DNA from: Magallana gigas
Taxonomy: Eukaryota
Direction: 5' to 3'
Length of the DNA stretch: 64,000 nucleotides
Assembly (NCBI RefSeq): GCF_963853765.1
Contig: NC_088859.1
Coordinates: 31,868,001 to 31,932,000 of the forward strand
Positions 61,177 through 64,000 of the stretch are shown here, piece after piece. The notes under the pieces were generated by a model. The model worked only from the letters and a program-made list of their open reading frames with translations, searched no databases and had not been told where the DNA came from. Position 1 is the first letter of the stretch; each line of letters begins with the position of its first letter. The position numbers and the translations under genes were made by a program.

Positions 61177-61703
61177 TAATATCAACGTGACAGATTATAT
61201 TTTTTTTAATTAATGAGCGGATAGGAATGTAAATGTAAGAAAAATCTTCCTGGGCACTGTAAAACTTTTCTTTTCACAAGTGTCAAAATAACAAAATTGG
61301 ACATGATATTTTTCTATTTTTCAATCCATGAGATCCCAATTGTAACCTATATTTTTTTTAAAACAAAGGCATCCAGCACGGGAGATCTTTACTATATGAC
61401 AAATGCAGCATTCCCTTATTTGTCCGAATATGACTTCTTCAACTAAACTGATTACAATCCACGTGAAATTAAGAAAAGAGAAAAAGGAGGGTAATATTTA
61501 AAATGCATTTAGTGGTTTCTTCTTTGAATAATAATATAGAAAAACACGTATATAAAAATTTGTGAACAAAATGTTCACACAGGTATAAGAATATCGAAGT
61601 ATTTGCTTCAAACAAATATAATTCTAGGTGAAAATTACGATGACAATCTTAAAATACATATATATGAATTATTTCTATTGAATGAACAAAAGTCTTTTCA
61701 AGT

Positions 61704-62018
61704 TTAGCCGTAGACGCAGCCACTTCGGGTTTTCTTCCTAAGATCTTTCCTCTTCCAAACTCGGGGTCTGGGTGACCGTGTGAGGGACTTGTCCTTCTTT
61801 TCTGCCAACACGATGTTCATACATTGTTGTAAGACCGCATAGTTCAGAAAGAAGAAAAACACAAACAGAGCCAGGAAAGAGCTCCAAAACGACATTGGAC
61901 TCAGAGTCGTCGCAACATCCTTGAACAGACGGCAGATCGTCGTCCTGACTTGGAGGTTTGTAAGCTGCCAAACAACTCCAAGCTTTATCCATTTTCCAAA
62001 CACTTTTTTGAACTGCAT
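61704..62018 (-). CDS. Hypothetical 104-aa single-TM (or 63-aa signal-peptide) basic protein
   Basis: GC-richer island in AT-rich DNA; hydrophobic segment FWSSFLALFVFFFFLNYAVL followed by a K/R-rich tail; E-box/CRE-like motifs just upstream. No recognised homolog. Confidence 0.4.
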   Translation of the reverse strand: MQFKKVFGKWIKLGVVWQLTNLQVRTTICRLFKDVATTLSPMSFWSSFLALFVFFFFLNYAVLQQCMNIVLAEKKDKSLTRSPRPRVWKRKDLRKKTRSGCVYG

Positions 62019-63059
62019 CTATGGTAGTTTCTGCCGTTGTTGCACTATTTCGTTTATTGTTACGTCACAGGATTGTTGCGTCACGTGTGTCGTAATGTCA
62101 TTATAACATCACGTGATATCAAGGGGATAAACGATTGGCAGTTAAAATGCATACATATATTCTTGCACGTGCACTTTATGAGATTCTGCTATATTGCGGC
62201 CTATACTATATAGGCAATCTGTCTTTCTAATGCAATGTAGTACATAGTCCTGACACTTTTCTGTTTTTTTTAAAACAACGATTTTAATATTTTACATGAC
62301 CGAAATAGCTGATAGTTTTTTTTAACCACGTTGATATATTTCAAGTTTTTTCGCCTAACAATTTTGATATTTTCCTGGCAAGTAAAATATCAAAATTGTT
62401 TTTAAAGAATACCAAGAAAACGTCAGATATTTCTTTTTCAGAATGAATACGACTTGTTTGTACTTATCTTGTACAATTTATAGGTAGTGTCCGAATATGA
62501 TAAATCGTGTTTTTTTTTTTTTTTTTGGTAAACACATTAACTAATTCTAATGCTGGGAAGTATATATTAAAAGAGATAACATACTCTTATCTTATCTTAA
62601 TTCTTAACGAATTAAACTCGATTAACTCTCAAATTCATTTCATTTTCAACTATTTCACGAAGACGTATTTCTTTCAGCTAACGCTCCAAATGCTAAAAAT
62701 GCTGAATTGTATTTTTGTATAGTATCAATTAAAATCCTTTTTAATAATGAATACTCTTTCCCATATAGAGAAAGAACATGATGGGTATCCATTTGTGGGT
62801 ATAGAGATGAACTAATAAACTGCAGTTCACTGAAAAGAAGAGAGAATTGGATAGTCACGCGTAAGTATATCATATATGCCAAAATACAAAGTATAAAATA
62901 AATTATTCCAAATAAAGTTTCTCAAGACCTACTAGCAAACACACTCATAGTAATATATTCAGGTGCGTTGCAACACTGGGTCATGTTGAAGGAAATGAGG
63001 TTTTTTAATCAATTTACATCTTAATGAAAAAAATCTATTGGAGCCGATTGGACCATCTA

Positions 63060-63700
63060 CTTTTAGCTCACATGAGCCAAAAGCTCAAGTGAGCGTTTCT
63101 GATGATTTTTTTTTTTGTCGTTGTCGTAAAAAGGTTTTTTTTTTTTTAATTAAAAATCTTGTCATCCATTAAAGGACAGTAAAGTTGAAACATAAGTGGG
63201 AGCCTCCTCAGTAGGGTAGTTTCGAGTTTGTTTAATCATGATCCCCCAGAGGAAGAGAGGGGCCACACAGGGCTTTTAAATGGAAAATCTTGTAAAAATT
63301 TCTTCTTGAGAACCATTTGACCAGAAAAGTAGAAACGTATGTGGAAGCATCTCCAGATGGCTTAGAATTAAGTTTGTTCACATCATGATCCCTGGGTGGG
63401 AACATTGGAATATCATAAGAAAATCTTTAAAAATCTTGTTAAATACCATTTGGCCAGCGAAGTTAAAATTGATGTGACATCTTTTTCAGGTAATGTAGAT
63501 TTAATTTCGTTCAAACCATGATCTCCAGGAGGTAGGGTGGGGTCAAAATTAAGGAGGGGGGGGGGATTTTACACAGGAATATTTGAAGGATATAAAAATC
63601 TCCTCATAGAACGTTTTGCAAGAAAAGTTGAAACAGGTAGTTTAATCAAGTTTTTTCAAATCATTACTCCTGGAAATAAGATGGAGCCATAATGCCACAT
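63060..63700 (+). mobile_element. Degenerate HINE/Helentron-like element with decayed satellite units
   Basis: Left box TTTTAGCTCACATGAGCCAAAAGCTCAAGTGAGC followed by diverged units (TTCTTCTTGAGAACC...CCAGAAAAG...ATCATGATCCC). Confidence 0.55.
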
Positions 63701-64000
63701 TTTTTTTATACATATAATGTAATTCAAAATCTTTATCTTTTGAGAGGACTCAGTGTTAAAAATGCGCCAAGAAAAAAAAATCTGCTGAATTGAACATATA
63801 TTTTCATATTTGATTTAAGTTACTGTAAACTTTTAAATTGCTTCTTTGTTGGGATGTAATTTCACAAATGCATCAGTTTTCAGTTTCAGTAAGAAATCTA
63901 ACTCTTTCAAAAATTTATTTTCATCAAGGATGATTCGAGAAGGGGGGGGGGGCTACCCATTAATACCACGAAAATTGAGCCACCGCGAATTCTAATAATT

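Overview
AT-rich, intron-rich eukaryotic DNA, most likely a bivalve mollusc (oyster-like; inferred from the ~166-bp Cg170-type satellite inside a HINE/Helentron element and from a spliced OvoA gene). Six protein-coding genes were rebuilt by hand from splice sites and reading phase: SNRPA1/U2A' (+, 4606-9553), an intronless SPRY+SOCS-box gene (SPSB3-like, -, 16824-17522), CCM2/malcavernin (+, 22321-31603), ICAP-1/ITGB1BP1 (-, 33423-34636), TFIIS/TCEA (+, 35767-41173, with a U12-type intron) and ovothiol synthase OvoA (-, 47358-57386, 18 coding exons, 760 aa). There is also one candidate small membrane/secreted protein ORF (-, 61704-62018). Introns and intergenic DNA carry many non-autonomous DNA transposons. 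The most unusual signals are: (1) a 27-unit, 39-bp minisatellite in an OvoA intron made of the exon 3' end plus the splice donor, giving about 25 tandem consensus G|GTAAGT donors, with frameshifting insertions in the copies just after the second donor; (2) CCM2 and ICAP-1, the two PTB-domain partners of KRIT1, sitting tail-to-tail and sharing two exact intron positions; (3) a divergent SAM-binding motif in the OvoA methyltransferase domain; (4) a candidate alternative, paralogous last exon and a 21-nt microexon in CCM2. All calls come from manual reading; no database search was run.
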